Part shown: positions 1-10,179 of the stretch, in pieces | Numbering within the stretch: position 1 is the first letter of the stretch | How the letters are laid out: every line of letters begins with the position of its first letter | Source: Candidatus Jordarchaeales archaeon | GTDB taxonomy: Archaea; Asgardarchaeota; Jordiarchaeia; Jordiarchaeales; Freyrarchaeaceae | Length of the DNA: 32,000 nt | Assembly (NCBI GenBank): GCA_038858525.1 | Contig: JAWCFL010000004.1 | Location: 52,353 to 84,352, forward strand | Direction: 5' to 3' | Translations under genes and position numbers: made by a program | The notes under the pieces: generated by a model | The model's input: only the letters and a program-made list of their open reading frames with translations | What the model was told of the DNA's origin: nothing | The model's database searches: none

Positions 1-1
1 C

Positions 2-3000
2 TCATCTCACCCAGACTTGGATGACCTGGACGATGACCCATCAACCAATGACCCTAAGGTCATAGCCAGCGTGTCAATGGTCGATTATGACCCTTTCACC
101 TACGACTTTAGCGGGCATGGAACCTACGTAGCAGGCATTGTCGCCGGAACAGGTAACGCTTCTAACGGAACATACAAGGGAGTGGCGCCGGGAGCATTGC
201 TCATGAACGTGAAAGTCTTCGACGTTGAAGGGATAAGCTTATACTCATGGATACTTTCAGGAGTCGAATGGAGCGTCAGCCACGGAGCAGACATAATACT
301 AGTTCCCATCTCGGTGCCAGGACTGCCTGACGACCCCCTCTGCCTAGCGGTGGAAGCAGCTATCCGCATGGGAGTAGTAGTGATCACCTCGGCAGGCGAC
401 GGGGGGCCAGCCTACATAAGCATAGGCTCCCCGGGATCAGCGCTAGGCGCAATAACTGTTGGAGCCTACAATCACTCCTCCGGAAGAACATGCACGTTTA
501 GTGGGAGAGGGCCAAGCCTCTACATGTGGACCAAACCAGACATAGTTGCCCCAGGCTACAATATAGTGTCTTGCCGTGCTCATCCTCCAGACCTAGGATT
601 CAACATCTCTATTCCCCAATTTAAAGATGGGTATGGAACCCCCATAGACGAAAACTACACTGTGGCTTCAACCACGGCTGCTGCAGCAGCCTACGTTGCT
701 GGTTTAGCCGCTCTTCTTCTACAGTCATCTATGTATGCCAGCCCTGAATCCGTAAAGATCGCCCTTATAAAAACAGCCGTAGACCTCTACGAGTCCCCAA
801 ACATACAGGGAGCGGGACTCGTTAACCCGTACTCTGCTTACAGTTATCTCAAATCCAAGGGCGGAACTCCACTTAACTTGGATAAAAGAACCTATACGAT
901 AGGATTGCCTCCCGCCCCTCTTCTCGTCAATAGTACGGACATTTCAAGCTACTGCTTGGTTGGTAGTTGCGGGACATTTACGGCCATGTCTCTTTCCAAC
1001 CACACGTCAAACTTCAACTCATCCCACCTTTTACAGGGGATGTTCGGTGTTTCTTATGGTGGCGGAGATACTATTTGGCTGACGACCGGAACAGTGCTGC
1101 GAGAGCTCCACGTCTCACATGTAAATGAAACCACTGGCTACGAGAAGCTGGTCTCCATACTTCAAGTGGACTGCCTTCTCGTAGTTGTAGTTTTCGAGTG
1201 CTGGAGCAACTATAATATGACCCATGCCATAAACGCCTTCAAGGTCACCATGAAATTCATTAACATAGGAGACGAAGCGCTATCTGATGTTTGCCTTACC
1301 TTCTTCTGGAACCCCTCCCTATTTCTGAACGAAAGCGAACAACCACCAGACGAACATGGCTTTTTCGACGACACGACGGGTATGTTGGAAGTTAACGACA
1401 CGTGCAACCTTGACGTAAGCCAATCCTTGTGGCTGGTTTTTAAGGGTAACCTGCCCGTTGTGGGTTACGATGTCGGAGAAAGGGACGAAGTGTTTAATGG
1501 TGCTTCGAAGGGTCTCTTCTCAAACAACTCGGAGTATACTGGCGATTTGGGTCTGGCGGCTAGGTGGCCCCTTTCGCAGCATCTTGAATCCGCTGGCTCG
1601 TGCTCCTTTATGGCAGCGCTTTCCTTTGGAGGCAACCGGACTGCTGCTCGGGAGGCAGTGTTAGACGCTATTGAAGCTCAGGAACAGCTGAACATCGTCG
1701 ACCTGTGTGTTGTTAACGCGTCGATAGTCCGCTTGCATCAGCTGGGAGCAGACTACGTTTCCGGATGCATGGTGATCAACGTGGGGAGCATTGCAGCTAA
1801 TGCCTCTGTTTTCTTCTTCGCTAACAAGTCTGGAGATGGTAGTACAATTTATTATGCTGAAGAGTTCAGGCTTGAACATCTTCAGCCATACGTGCCCGTG
1901 AAGCTGAACGTCATGTGGCGTCCAACAAGCGGCGGAATTTACTCAGCGGGCTGGGCTGCATGGGAGCTTCCTTTCCTACCACTAGAATACCTATTAAACC
2001 CCGGGCTTCTCGCAAACATAACGGAAGTCATCCAGCAGCTCAACCTAACAGAGCTTTACTTGCTAGATAACTACGTGGCGAGAAACGTCTTCATAGGTTC
2101 ACCTTCACCTGACCAAGCGGTATTTCCGACGAGAATACCATGCGACCCGTTCCCCATCAGCTTCCCAATAGACTTCGCATACTACAACCTGACCGTAATA
2201 TCCACGGGAACCGTGAGCAACATTAAAGTTTCAGTTGAAGGGGCAGCATCCAAGCTGACTGCAGCATCAAAAGTGCCAGCCTACATAGACAGACTCGGAA
2301 CTGTTGAAATTTCAATAAACACCACGACTCCCTCAACCTTAAAGCTTGAAGGAGTCCAATCCCCTCTTTCGTTAGGATTCTTCAACTTTCCAAATCCCGG
2401 AGAATATAGCGGCGCCATTAAGGTGATGCTGAACGGAGCCGAATGCTTGGTGCTGACGTCATTTACGATCACTTACCCCCAAGGCAGAATGTTCTTTGAC
2501 AGCGCTCACAACTTAATAGACGTCGAGCATATTGAGGAGTCTCTTGACAGCATATTCACCGGATACTTCAGCCTCTACCAGACAGCCCGGTCCGGCATGT
2601 ACGAGCTTGACGAGATACCCTTTCTACGTGAAATCAACGAGACGATCCTAAGGGTGTACGACGCCCTGATAATATGTGACCCGGAACTACCCTTCAACCA
2701 GGCGGAGTTGGAAGCAATAAAGCTCTTCGTGAGGAACGGTGGCAGCCTCCTCGTAATGGTCGAACCTAAGAACTTCACAGTTATAAATGAACTCTTAGAG
2801 CCCTTCGGAATAAAGGCTACTTCAAATGTCACCGGAAACCTGACGCTCACCAGCTTTAAGCCTCACCAGGTAACCAGCGGATTATCATCAGTTACTTTTT
2901 ATTCCCCAGCCATCTTTGAAGTTAACGAATCAAAGGGAGCCTTCGCCTTAACTGAAGGACCGATTTTCGTTGCGGGCGCACTGTACGGGATGGGCAAGGT

Positions 3001-3766
3001 TATAGTGTTCGGCGACTCGGATTTCGCCTCCCTCTTTCACGTTGAAGAGAGCGATAACTCCAAGCTTCTGTATAACGTTTTTGAGTGGCTTTTGGAGAAC
3101 AAGCTTGATTTGGAAATAGTGATGAGCACGCCTAGGGAGGGAGGAAAAGTATACCTTGGAGACAGGGTTTACTTCCTGATTCACGTAGCTTCCATTGGGG
3201 GGGAAGACGCCCACGAGAACTTGACAATCTTTGCGGTGTTCAACCTTCCAAATGGGACCTCCATACCCATGTGGTGCTTCCATTATAAGGACGGATACTA
3301 CACGACGATGCTCTTCACAGAACTTATAGGGCAAAGTGGAAACTACACTTTGATATTATGGGCCGACTCTCCTAGTCATACTTCAACATTTGCGACAATT
3401 ACATTCACAGTGCTCCCTAGCCCCCCAGAGTCGCCTTCCATATTTCATTATCCATCCGCAACGCAAGACATTCTGCTTGGCTTCCTCGCCACTTCATCTG
3501 TATTAGCGTTAGTTGTCGGAGCTTACTTTGTGAGGAGAAGAAGGTTCCAGCGGAAAGCCTTCATACCTGAACTTGACCAGGAGCTTGCCTACCACATGAG
3601 AACAATGATCAACGAGGTGAGAGCCGTATTCAAAGAGCTTGAAATTATGCTTTCAGACGAAAGCCTAGATGACTTCGAAAGAATACGAATAATTCACGAA
3701 AAACTTCCCAGACTAAAGCGTACACTCACCAAGCTAAAAATGCTAGCCGAAATAATAGGCGAATAG
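2..3766 (+). CDS. Membrane-anchored S8 subtilase-like protein, probably catalytically inactive, with GATase1-like/DUF4350 (GIFT-like) domain and C-terminal TM; 5'-truncated by window edge
   Basis: Frame is open from position 2. His motif GHGTYVAGIVAG, SAGDGGP (oxyanion Asn replaced by Asp), SPGSALGAITVGA, FSGRGP, KPDIVAPG, QGAGLVN. Nucleophile region ASTTAAAAAYVAG (Ser replaced by Ala). Later RMFFDSAHN...YDALIICDPELPFNQAELEAIKLFVRNGGSLLV. TM helix followed by RRRR. Confidence 0.85.
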   Translation, partial: SSHPDLDDLDDDPSTNDPKVIASVSMVDYDPFTYDFSGHGTYVAGIVAGTGNASNGTYKGVAPGALLMNVKVFDVEGISLYSWILSGVEWSVSHGADIILVPISVPGLPDDPLCLAVEAAIRMGVVVITSAGDGGPAYISIGSPGSALGAITVGAYNHSSGRTCTFSGRGPSLYMWTKPDIVAPGYNIVSCRAHPPDLGFNISIPQFKDGYGTPIDENYTVASTTAAAAAYVAGLAALLLQSSMYASPESVKIALIKTAVDLYESPNIQGAGLVNPYSAYSYLKSKGGTPLNLDKRTYTIGLPPAPLLVNSTDISSYCLVGSCGTFTAMSLSNHTSNFNSSHLLQGMFGVSYGGGDTIWLTTGTVLRELHVSHVNETTGYEKLVSILQVDCLLVVVVFECWSNYNMTHAINAFKVTMKFINIGDEALSDVCLTFFWNPSLFLNESEQPPDEHGFFDDTTGMLEVNDTCNLDVSQSLWLVFKGNLPVVGYDVGERDEVFNGASKGLFSNNSEYTGDLGLAARWPLSQHLESAGSCSFMAALSFGGNRTAAREAVLDAIEAQEQLNIVDLCVVNASIVRLHQLGADYVSGCMVINVGSIAANASVFFFANKSGDGSTIYYAEEFRLEHLQPYVPVKLNVMWRPTSGGIYSAGWAAWELPFLPLEYLLNPGLLANITEVIQQLNLTELYLLDNYVARNVFIGSPSPDQAVFPTRIPCDPFPISFPIDFAYYNLTVISTGTVSNIKVSVEGAASKLTAASKVPAYIDRLGTVEISINTTTPSTLKLEGVQSPLSLGFFNFPNPGEYSGAIKVMLNGAECLVLTSFTITYPQGRMFFDSAHNLIDVEHIEESLDSIFTGYFSLYQTARSGMYELDEIPFLREINETILRVYDALIICDPELPFNQAELEAIKLFVRNGGSLLVMVEPKNFTVINELLEPFGIKATSNVTGNLTLTSFKPHQVTSGLSSVTFYSPAIFEVNESKGAFALTEGPIFVAGALYGMGKVIVFGDSDFASLFHVEESDNSKLLYNVFEWLLENKLDLEIVMSTPREGGKVYLGDRVYFLIHVASIGGEDAHENLTIFAVFNLPNGTSIPMWCFHYKDGYYTTMLFTELIGQSGNYTLILWADSPSHTSTFATITFTVLPSPPESPSIFHYPSATQDILLGFLATSSVLALVVGAYFVRRRRFQRKAFIPELDQELAYHMRTMINEVRAVFKELEIMLSDESLDDFERIRIIHEKLPRLKRTLTKLKMLAEIIGE

Positions 3767-3769
3767 CCA

Positions 3770-4597
3770 TCACTCTTCTAGTAACGCCTTGAACTCCTCC
3801 AGTTTCTTAACAACTGTTCTACGGGTTGAACGCGTAAGATCCCAAAGGTTTTCCTCAATTTCTTCTATTATCTCTCGAGCAGCCTCCCGGTCTCCCTCCT
3901 CTACGTAGATATGGGCCGCCTTCAAGTAATTGTCGATCATTCTGCGCATGTCACCCTTGTCGCCGTAAGCGTCACCAATCCGCTTAATTAGGTATGCACT
4001 TGTCAGTTTGTCCCCCACCTTTTCAAGGAGCTTCAGCGCCTTCTGGTAATGTTCAATAGCCTTGTCAACATCCTCCAACCTATAATGCGCCTCACCTATG
4101 TCTAGAAGGACGCTGCTCGCGGCATCATCATTTCCCTCCTCATTATAAATGCTAAGTGCCTCTTGAAGGTATCCGATTCCCTTTTCTATATCCGCCTTTC
4201 CAATATAGACTAACCCTAAAGCGTAAGCCGCGTCTGCGACCCCCTCCTTTAACTTCTTCCTTCGATAGGTTTCAATTGCCTTCGCTCCATACTTTTCCGC
4301 TTCATCATACTCGCCCATTTCGAGATAGGTGACGCAAAGATTATATGCAGCATCAGCAGCACCGTCCTCGTTCCCCCTCTCCTCATAAAAACTCAAGCTC
4401 TTCTTGTAAAACTCAAGAGCCTTCTCGAGCTCTCCATGCCTAGTATAGAAGAGACCTACCTCCAAGTAGGTTTCACCAAGAAAATCGCTCCTCCCTCTTT
4501 CAGCTTCATTTACAGCTTCCACGTATTTTTCCTCTGCCTCATCAAGTAGCCCTTCCTCTTCAAGCTCTCTCGCTTTCCGAAGAATTTCCTCTGCCAT
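3770..4597 (-). CDS. Tetratricopeptide-repeat protein (about 6 TPRs)
   Basis: Repeating TPR pattern (YLEVGLFY..HGELEKALEFYKKSL; AYNLCVTYLEMGEYDEAEKY; LLDIGEAHYRLEDVDKAIEHYQKAL). AGGGGAG upstream of the ATG. Confidence 0.85.
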   Translation of the reverse strand: MAEEILRKARELEEEGLLDEAEEKYVEAVNEAERGRSDFLGETYLEVGLFYTRHGELEKALEFYKKSLSFYEERGNEDGAADAAYNLCVTYLEMGEYDEAEKYGAKAIETYRRKKLKEGVADAAYALGLVYIGKADIEKGIGYLQEALSIYNEEGNDDAASSVLLDIGEAHYRLEDVDKAIEHYQKALKLLEKVGDKLTSAYLIKRIGDAYGDKGDMRRMIDNYLKAAHIYVEEGDREAAREIIEEIEENLWDLTRSTRRTVVKKLEEFKALLEE

Positions 4598-4836
4598 TAC
4601 CGCTCCCCTTTCCTATGACAACTCTAAATATACGCTCCTTCCATTTTTCGGATCATATCGCCTTTTTTACTTTTTTGGTCTTCCGTTCATAAGCAACTCT
4701 ACTGATCATAATTCATCCATTCTTCAACACAAATCCTCGTATTTCCTCCAGAAACACCCTTTTCCTCATACCAAAAAGCGGTTAGGGCAACCTTCTTCTA
4801 AAGATGTTGCCGCGTCAGTGCCCGTATTACGTTCTT

Positions 4837-5232
4837 TTAAGGAAGTCCACCGACCCTTCGAAGTATTTCGTCAAGCTTGTCTAGGCGTCTTCTCTTGTTA
4901 TACCTCACGATTACCTCGTTAACCTTTTTGGCTAGTTCTTCCTTGCCCTCAGCTGTCAGGCATGCCTCCTCTAATTCATCAAAAACATCATCCACTTTCT
5001 CCCCCTCACTCACATAAAGTATGAAATACCCCTCCCCTATTGCCTTGTACACAAAGGTTTTGTCCTCAAGGATTATCCATGACGTTTCCTCCCCTGAAAC
5101 GTCCTTGGTGAACGTTTTAATCGCTGCTAAGAGGCCGCTCACCATTTTATAATTATCTTTTATTTCTCCCTCATAAGAATTGAAGAAAATGTTTTTTCCG
5201 TCCTTATCCATGATCCATAAAGCATATATCAC
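4837..5232 (-). CDS. Small longin-domain protein (Asgard-type)
   Basis: N-terminal beta-beta hairpin IYALWIMDKDGKNIF, then MVSGLLAAIKTF helix and beta strands (WIILEDKTFVYK, YFILYV). This pattern is typical of longin domains. Starts 3 nt after the upstream stop. Confidence 0.7.
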   Translation of the reverse strand: MIYALWIMDKDGKNIFFNSYEGEIKDNYKMVSGLLAAIKTFTKDVSGEETSWIILEDKTFVYKAIGEGYFILYVSEGEKVDDVFDELEEACLTAEGKEELAKKVNEVIVRYNKRRRLDKLDEILRRVGGLP

Positions 5233-5235
5233 TCT

Positions 5236-8200
5236 CTACCCCTCACCGATCAGTATCCGGATTGGGTTTGGCTTAAAATATCTTTTCCTGTTTTTGTTAT
5301 CCCTGAAAATTACCATGGGCTGATATTCCACTTCTTGCTCCTTCTCCGCCACGATTTTTATCTCTAAGCTAATCTTTTCCCAAGAGGCTAGCTCTCTCCT
5401 AATCACCATGTCGCCATCTTTAACTGTTTCCGCTTTGCCCATAAACTTGAAACCTTGCGGGACAGCATTTTCCAATCTCTCTATAATAGCGTTCGCGTCT
5501 CCGATGTTCGTCAGCTCAATCTTTACTGTGATCCTGTCTCCTACTTTGAAAAGGCTCCTATCCGCCGGCTCGTTAACCCTCACGACAACGAATCCATCTC
5601 TTAAATTCTCCATATCCTCCCTGGAAACTCCCTCACCAAGAACGGCCTCTAAGTATCTTCTCCTTGCCTCTTGCTCCCTTAACTTCTGAATTTTTTCTTC
5701 AACTTCCCTTTCAAGCCCAATGTAGCCTGCATCCGAAAACTTCTCCTTAGCTTTGTTATAGCTCTCTTCGGCAAGCGCATAATATTTCTCAGCGGCTTCA
5801 CCCGCGCTCTCTAACTTCTTAATGTATCTCTCTCCATCAAGGAGATACCCTAATCCCTCAACATACTTGGCATAATTGCTCAGTCCAGCTTCTACAAAGA
5901 ACTTTAAGCTTCTCTCGAGATGCATTCTAGCCTCAATGTAACTGTCCTCCTTTTCTTCCTCTCCTTCAATATACTCCAGAAACTTACGCCACCCATAGCA
6001 TAAATCAGTAAACCCGAAAGCCGCATTTTTCATCTTGTCAGTTACAAGTATCTTGGTGCTTTCATTGAAGAGACTTGCAGCCTCCAAGAACTCATCATGG
6101 GCCCCTAGCTGGCCCCTGATAAACCGCTCCAAGCCTTGCGCGAAAAGCACATAGCCATTCGCTTTCTCCCAGTCTCCCTCCCCAAGCTTTGCCGCCTCCC
6201 CCAATGCCTTCGCAGCCATAGAAAACTTAACGAGTGCAGGCGAATACGCTCCCTCGGCATACAAAGCCAACCCCTCCTCCAAGTGCTCCTTTCCTCTACA
6301 TAGCCTCAAGAGCGCCTCGGCTTTTTTATCGCCCCCCATCTCTCTTAACGCTTTAAGTCGTTCGCTTGCCGTCTTCAACCGCTCTAACGCCTCACGCGGC
6401 TTATCCATGCTTACATCCTCTGCCTCTAGAAACTCGCTTAAGGACTGATAGAACATGGCCTCATGCTTGTTCTCCTTTAGCAACAGCTCGCCTCCTTTCC
6501 TAAAATAGGATGCAGCCTCGGAAAGTCGGCTTTTCAGCAGCTCCTTGCCCTTCTCAATGCTGATCCTCGCCTCAACACTTTTCATTCTCTCCTTTATGTC
6601 TTCTTCTTCTCTCCCCTCAATCATTATTTTGTTAAACCTTTCAAGAGCCTGAATGTAGTATTCTGATGCTTGTGCGTAGTTGCCTTTTTCGTCCTCAAGC
6701 TCCGCCAACTTGACTAGTGCCTCCCCCTCCATTTCCTTCCAGTCCATGCTTGACGCTACTCTCACAGCCTCCAAATATTCCTGCCGAGCTCTTAAGTAGC
6801 CTTCCCCCCCTTTCTCTCGCCTCCATATTTCTCTCTGAATGTTCCCTGAAAGAATAAATGACCCAGCAGCGCCTACCAGGTCCTCGGCCGAAATAAAGCT
6901 TTCACGCGCCTTTTTAGCCACTTCTCCAGCCTTCTCAAACGCGCCTGCCTGCCCGCACTTACCGAGCATGTAATATGTTTCAGCTAAACAGTACAAGTAA
7001 TCTCCCCTTCTCAGTCTCTCCTCCTCGTACTCCAGCGCCACTTCACCATATTCTACAGCCTTCTCTAAGAGCTCTCTTCTCCTTCCCTCATCCACCTCCG
7101 CCTCAGCTGCAGCTGCCAAGTAACTAGCCACACTACCATAAAACTCGCCGATAAACGCCTCCTCAGGTACCTTTCTCACTTCATCCAAAGCTTCCCTGCT
7201 ATAGGAAGCCCCATCCCTAATCAACCTAATCTTCAACGCATCGTTCTCAACCAATTTAATATACTCTGATATCACTCTTGCCATCATGATAAGAACCTTT
7301 ATATTGACATCACTCTTCATCTGGGCTCTCGCATACATGTACGCTTTTTTCAGTGCCTCATAGCATTCCTCCAACCTTTCTCTCTTCCTCCTGTTTGACA
7401 AAGTTATTTTAAAGGCTTCATAGCATGCCTTTGACAAGAGAAAATACGCATCTGCTGCTAAGCCACAGTCCCCCACCTCCTCAAGTCCCTTAGCCGCCTC
7501 CCTAGCATTGCTCAAGGCGTCATATGTTCTTCGTTGCCTCTCAGCGAAAAATCTCTCTCTTACAGCTGAATACAGCTCTAACAGTGTAAGATTATACTTA
7601 TGAATCATCCTGCACCGTTCCTCCCTAGGCTCAGCAGTTAAGCCTTTCAATTGAAGTGGCGCACCCCGCTCCTCTAAGGCAAGCATCACGTCGCACAGTT
7701 CCCTCATCATTTCAAGGCAAAGGTAATGGCGAGGCCGCCTCGCCGCCTCAAAAAACCTCCCAGCTTTACTAAAGCTCTCAGCGGCTTTTCGCAGCACATT
7801 TAGTGCCTCCTCCCCCCTAAACCACGAGGCACTCCTCACACATGCAATTCCGATCCAGAAAAGGAGAAGCCCTGCTTTCTCGCTCTCCTCAAGTCTCTCC
7901 AACCACTCAACACAAGTCTCTCCTTCCTTTATAACTTTCATACACGAATCTTTTTTAGCTGGAAGATTCTCCTCCAAAAGGACTCTTAAAGCATTAATGA
8001 AATTCACGTAATAACTTATCCATACATCCCTCTCCACTCCCCTCAACGTGTAATCCTTAATGTAACCCTTTCTAACTTCATTGATCACTTCTATAGCCTC
8101 CTCGATCAAGCCTCTAAACCTATCCGCAGCCCGCTCAGACAACGCCTGAAAAGCTATGCAGTGTCCTCTAAGTAACTCAGAATTAACAAAAGCGCCCCTC

Positions 8201-8373
8201 TCACCAAGGGAAGCGTATATGTCACTCGCCTCCTTAAACCTCTTACCAGCCTCCCTAACATCACCCCTCCCCTCCGCCTCCACTCCTCTACCGAACAGCT
8301 TTTCAGCCTTCTCCAAAGAACGCTTAGTCCTATTATCACCCCTAGCCCCGCGCATCATAACTGTACCCTCCAT
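5236..8373 (-). CDS. Large TPR/alpha-solenoid protein with C-terminal Ig-like beta-sandwich
   Basis: 1045-aa ORF. About 900 aa of A/E/L/K-rich helical repeats, then a beta-rich end (FKVGDRITVKIELTNIGD...ISLEIKIVAE...YQPMVIFRD). Confidence 0.75.
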   Translation of the reverse strand: MEGTVMMRGARGDNRTKRSLEKAEKLFGRGVEAEGRGDVREAGKRFKEASDIYASLGERGAFVNSELLRGHCIAFQALSERAADRFRGLIEEAIEVINEVRKGYIKDYTLRGVERDVWISYYVNFINALRVLLEENLPAKKDSCMKVIKEGETCVEWLERLEESEKAGLLLFWIGIACVRSASWFRGEEALNVLRKAAESFSKAGRFFEAARRPRHYLCLEMMRELCDVMLALEERGAPLQLKGLTAEPREERCRMIHKYNLTLLELYSAVRERFFAERQRRTYDALSNAREAAKGLEEVGDCGLAADAYFLLSKACYEAFKITLSNRRKRERLEECYEALKKAYMYARAQMKSDVNIKVLIMMARVISEYIKLVENDALKIRLIRDGASYSREALDEVRKVPEEAFIGEFYGSVASYLAAAAEAEVDEGRRRELLEKAVEYGEVALEYEEERLRRGDYLYCLAETYYMLGKCGQAGAFEKAGEVAKKARESFISAEDLVGAAGSFILSGNIQREIWRREKGGEGYLRARQEYLEAVRVASSMDWKEMEGEALVKLAELEDEKGNYAQASEYYIQALERFNKIMIEGREEEDIKERMKSVEARISIEKGKELLKSRLSEAASYFRKGGELLLKENKHEAMFYQSLSEFLEAEDVSMDKPREALERLKTASERLKALREMGGDKKAEALLRLCRGKEHLEEGLALYAEGAYSPALVKFSMAAKALGEAAKLGEGDWEKANGYVLFAQGLERFIRGQLGAHDEFLEAASLFNESTKILVTDKMKNAAFGFTDLCYGWRKFLEYIEGEEEKEDSYIEARMHLERSLKFFVEAGLSNYAKYVEGLGYLLDGERYIKKLESAGEAAEKYYALAEESYNKAKEKFSDAGYIGLEREVEEKIQKLREQEARRRYLEAVLGEGVSREDMENLRDGFVVVRVNEPADRSLFKVGDRITVKIELTNIGDANAIIERLENAVPQGFKFMGKAETVKDGDMVIRRELASWEKISLEIKIVAEKEQEVEYQPMVIFRDNKNRKRYFKPNPIRILIGEG

Positions 8374-8577
8374 TAATAATACAAACCTTCCTTTCCCCCA
8401 AATAACTTCTCCCCATGTTCATTTTTAAACGAAATTCGACAGTTTAATCTTACATCCAAAACCAATTTCGATACTTGAAATGTTAAACTGATAAACTGTT
8501 CGGCAATTTTCTCTCTCATAGAATTTAAGGAAAACCATTTTTAATATTTCCTCTCTCTTTCTTTTATCTCGGGGGAA

Positions 8578-9000
8578 TTGTTATTGTCAAAGAGACGTAG
8601 ACCAAACTCAAACATTAGTAGCGCCGGACGCTGGCTTATGATAGGTAGTGAAATACCCATAATGGTTGTTGCGGGGGCTTACATAGGACGCTACATAGGA
8701 GAACAGATTCCTTGGATTGCGCCGTTCTCCATAATAATTGGCGCATTTCTGGGTTTCGGCGTTGGGGTATACAACACCTACAAGGTCATCCAAGTCCTAG
8801 AAAGAAGAGAAAAACTCAGCGGGGAGACCTCTGTTGAAAGGTCATCAGTTAAGGAAGAACTCATCGAGAAAAAAGCTGGTAGGCGAAGAGGAAGTGCCTC
8901 GAACGAGATACTCGAATTGTTAAAAAAGCAACGAGAAGCTGAAGATCCACGCAGAAGCCAGGCGCCGCCTTTAAGCGGTTTTTCCCCAGAAGATGAATAA
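8578..9000 (+). CDS. AtpZ/AtpI ('ATPase gene 1') family two-TM protein with charged C-tail
   Basis: IGSEIPIMVVAGAYIGRYIG...PFSIIIGAFLGFGVGVYNTYK resembles the AtpZ/AtpI-family pattern. First gene of the ATPase C-K unit. Confidence 0.6.
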   Translation: MLLSKRRRPNSNISSAGRWLMIGSEIPIMVVAGAYIGRYIGEQIPWIAPFSIIIGAFLGFGVGVYNTYKVIQVLERREKLSGETSVERSSVKEELIEKKAGRRRGSASNEILELLKKQREAEDPRRSQAPPLSGFSPEDE

Positions 9001-9079
9001 AAATTTTTTTAAGAGTTGGCTGGCTAATTGAAGCTGGATTCCTAGGCGGTCGTTGCCTTACCAGGAGACGGTGATTAGT

Positions 9080-10159
9080 ATGTCTTTCCTGAAGGGTCCA
9101 AGAAACTACGCATTCATAAATGCTAGGGTGAGGGGCATTAGATCAAAAATGCTCACCATTTCTCAGTACGAGAAACTTATTCAAGCATCGGACTTGGACG
9201 AAGCTGTGAGGCTTCTAAGCGCAACCCCTTACTGGGACGAGTTGTCGAAGGTTCTCTCGCAGCCTCCAATAGACATGGAGGAAGTAGATGCAATGCTAAG
9301 ACAGATATACGCAAAGGAAGTAAAATCATTAGCGAAAAGTTTACCTAAAAAAGTTAGCGAATTTGTTCTGAAGTATCTGAAGGGAGCCTACTATTATAGC
9401 AACATAAAAACAATAATAAAAATCATACACAGCGGTGAGCCGAGAGACCATATCAGAAAACACCTCGTCGCCTTAACGCTGGAAGAGGGCGAAGAGTACG
9501 ATCACCTCCTAGCAGCGCAAAACGTTCCTCAACTCGTAGATAGGATTCCCGACCCCCGCCTCCGACGCCGCCTCCAAGAGGCACTTCAAAAGTATGAAGC
9601 AACGGGGTCGACGATGCCATTTGAAGCAGAACTTAACAAGTACTTCTTTCACGATGAGATCTGGAAAGCAATACGAAATTATCTAGACCGCACTGATCAA
9701 AAATACGCCCGCGAATTTTTCGGGCTACGGATCGACCTAACAAACATTATGACCGTCATAAGGGCTAAGCTACAGGGAATCGAGCCTCAGATAATTGAAG
9801 ACCTATTGATACCTGTCACGCATAGGGCGACTCTGATAGCTAGAAGCTTGCTCGCCGTCAGAAACATAGAAGAAGCATTAAACATGCTTACAACTACGCC
9901 ATACAGAGAACTCGCCCACAGAATCAAAGAGGCGTATGAGAAAAGTCCAACCATAACATCAGTTGAACACGCGTTCGAGGAGTACTCCATTCAGACGACA
10001 TACCTCTCCGTGATCGGCTACCCGTTCCACATAGGCACAGTCCTCGCCTACCTTGACCTCAAGTACTATGAGCTACGAAACATTAAAATAATACTCGTAG
10101 GAAAAAGTGAGGGCGTGAATCCGGCAACAATACGCGAACTAATAGTAATAACCCCGTAA
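9080..10159 (+). CDS. atpC: A/V-type ATP synthase subunit C (d)
   Basis: NYAFINARVRGIRSKML, IDLTNIMTVIRAK, LAYLDLKYYELRNIKII. ATG 9080 is preferred (GGTGA SD at 9070-9074); the ORF track starts at TTG 9053. Confidence 0.93.
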   Translation: MSFLKGPRNYAFINARVRGIRSKMLTISQYEKLIQASDLDEAVRLLSATPYWDELSKVLSQPPIDMEEVDAMLRQIYAKEVKSLAKSLPKKVSEFVLKYLKGAYYYSNIKTIIKIIHSGEPRDHIRKHLVALTLEEGEEYDHLLAAQNVPQLVDRIPDPRLRRRLQEALQKYEATGSTMPFEAELNKYFFHDEIWKAIRNYLDRTDQKYAREFFGLRIDLTNIMTVIRAKLQGIEPQIIEDLLIPVTHRATLIARSLLAVRNIEEALNMLTTTPYRELAHRIKEAYEKSPTITSVEHAFEEYSIQTTYLSVIGYPFHIGTVLAYLDLKYYELRNIKIILVGKSEGVNPATIRELIVITP

Positions 10160-10179
10160 AACCTCGGCAGGTGGTTGGA

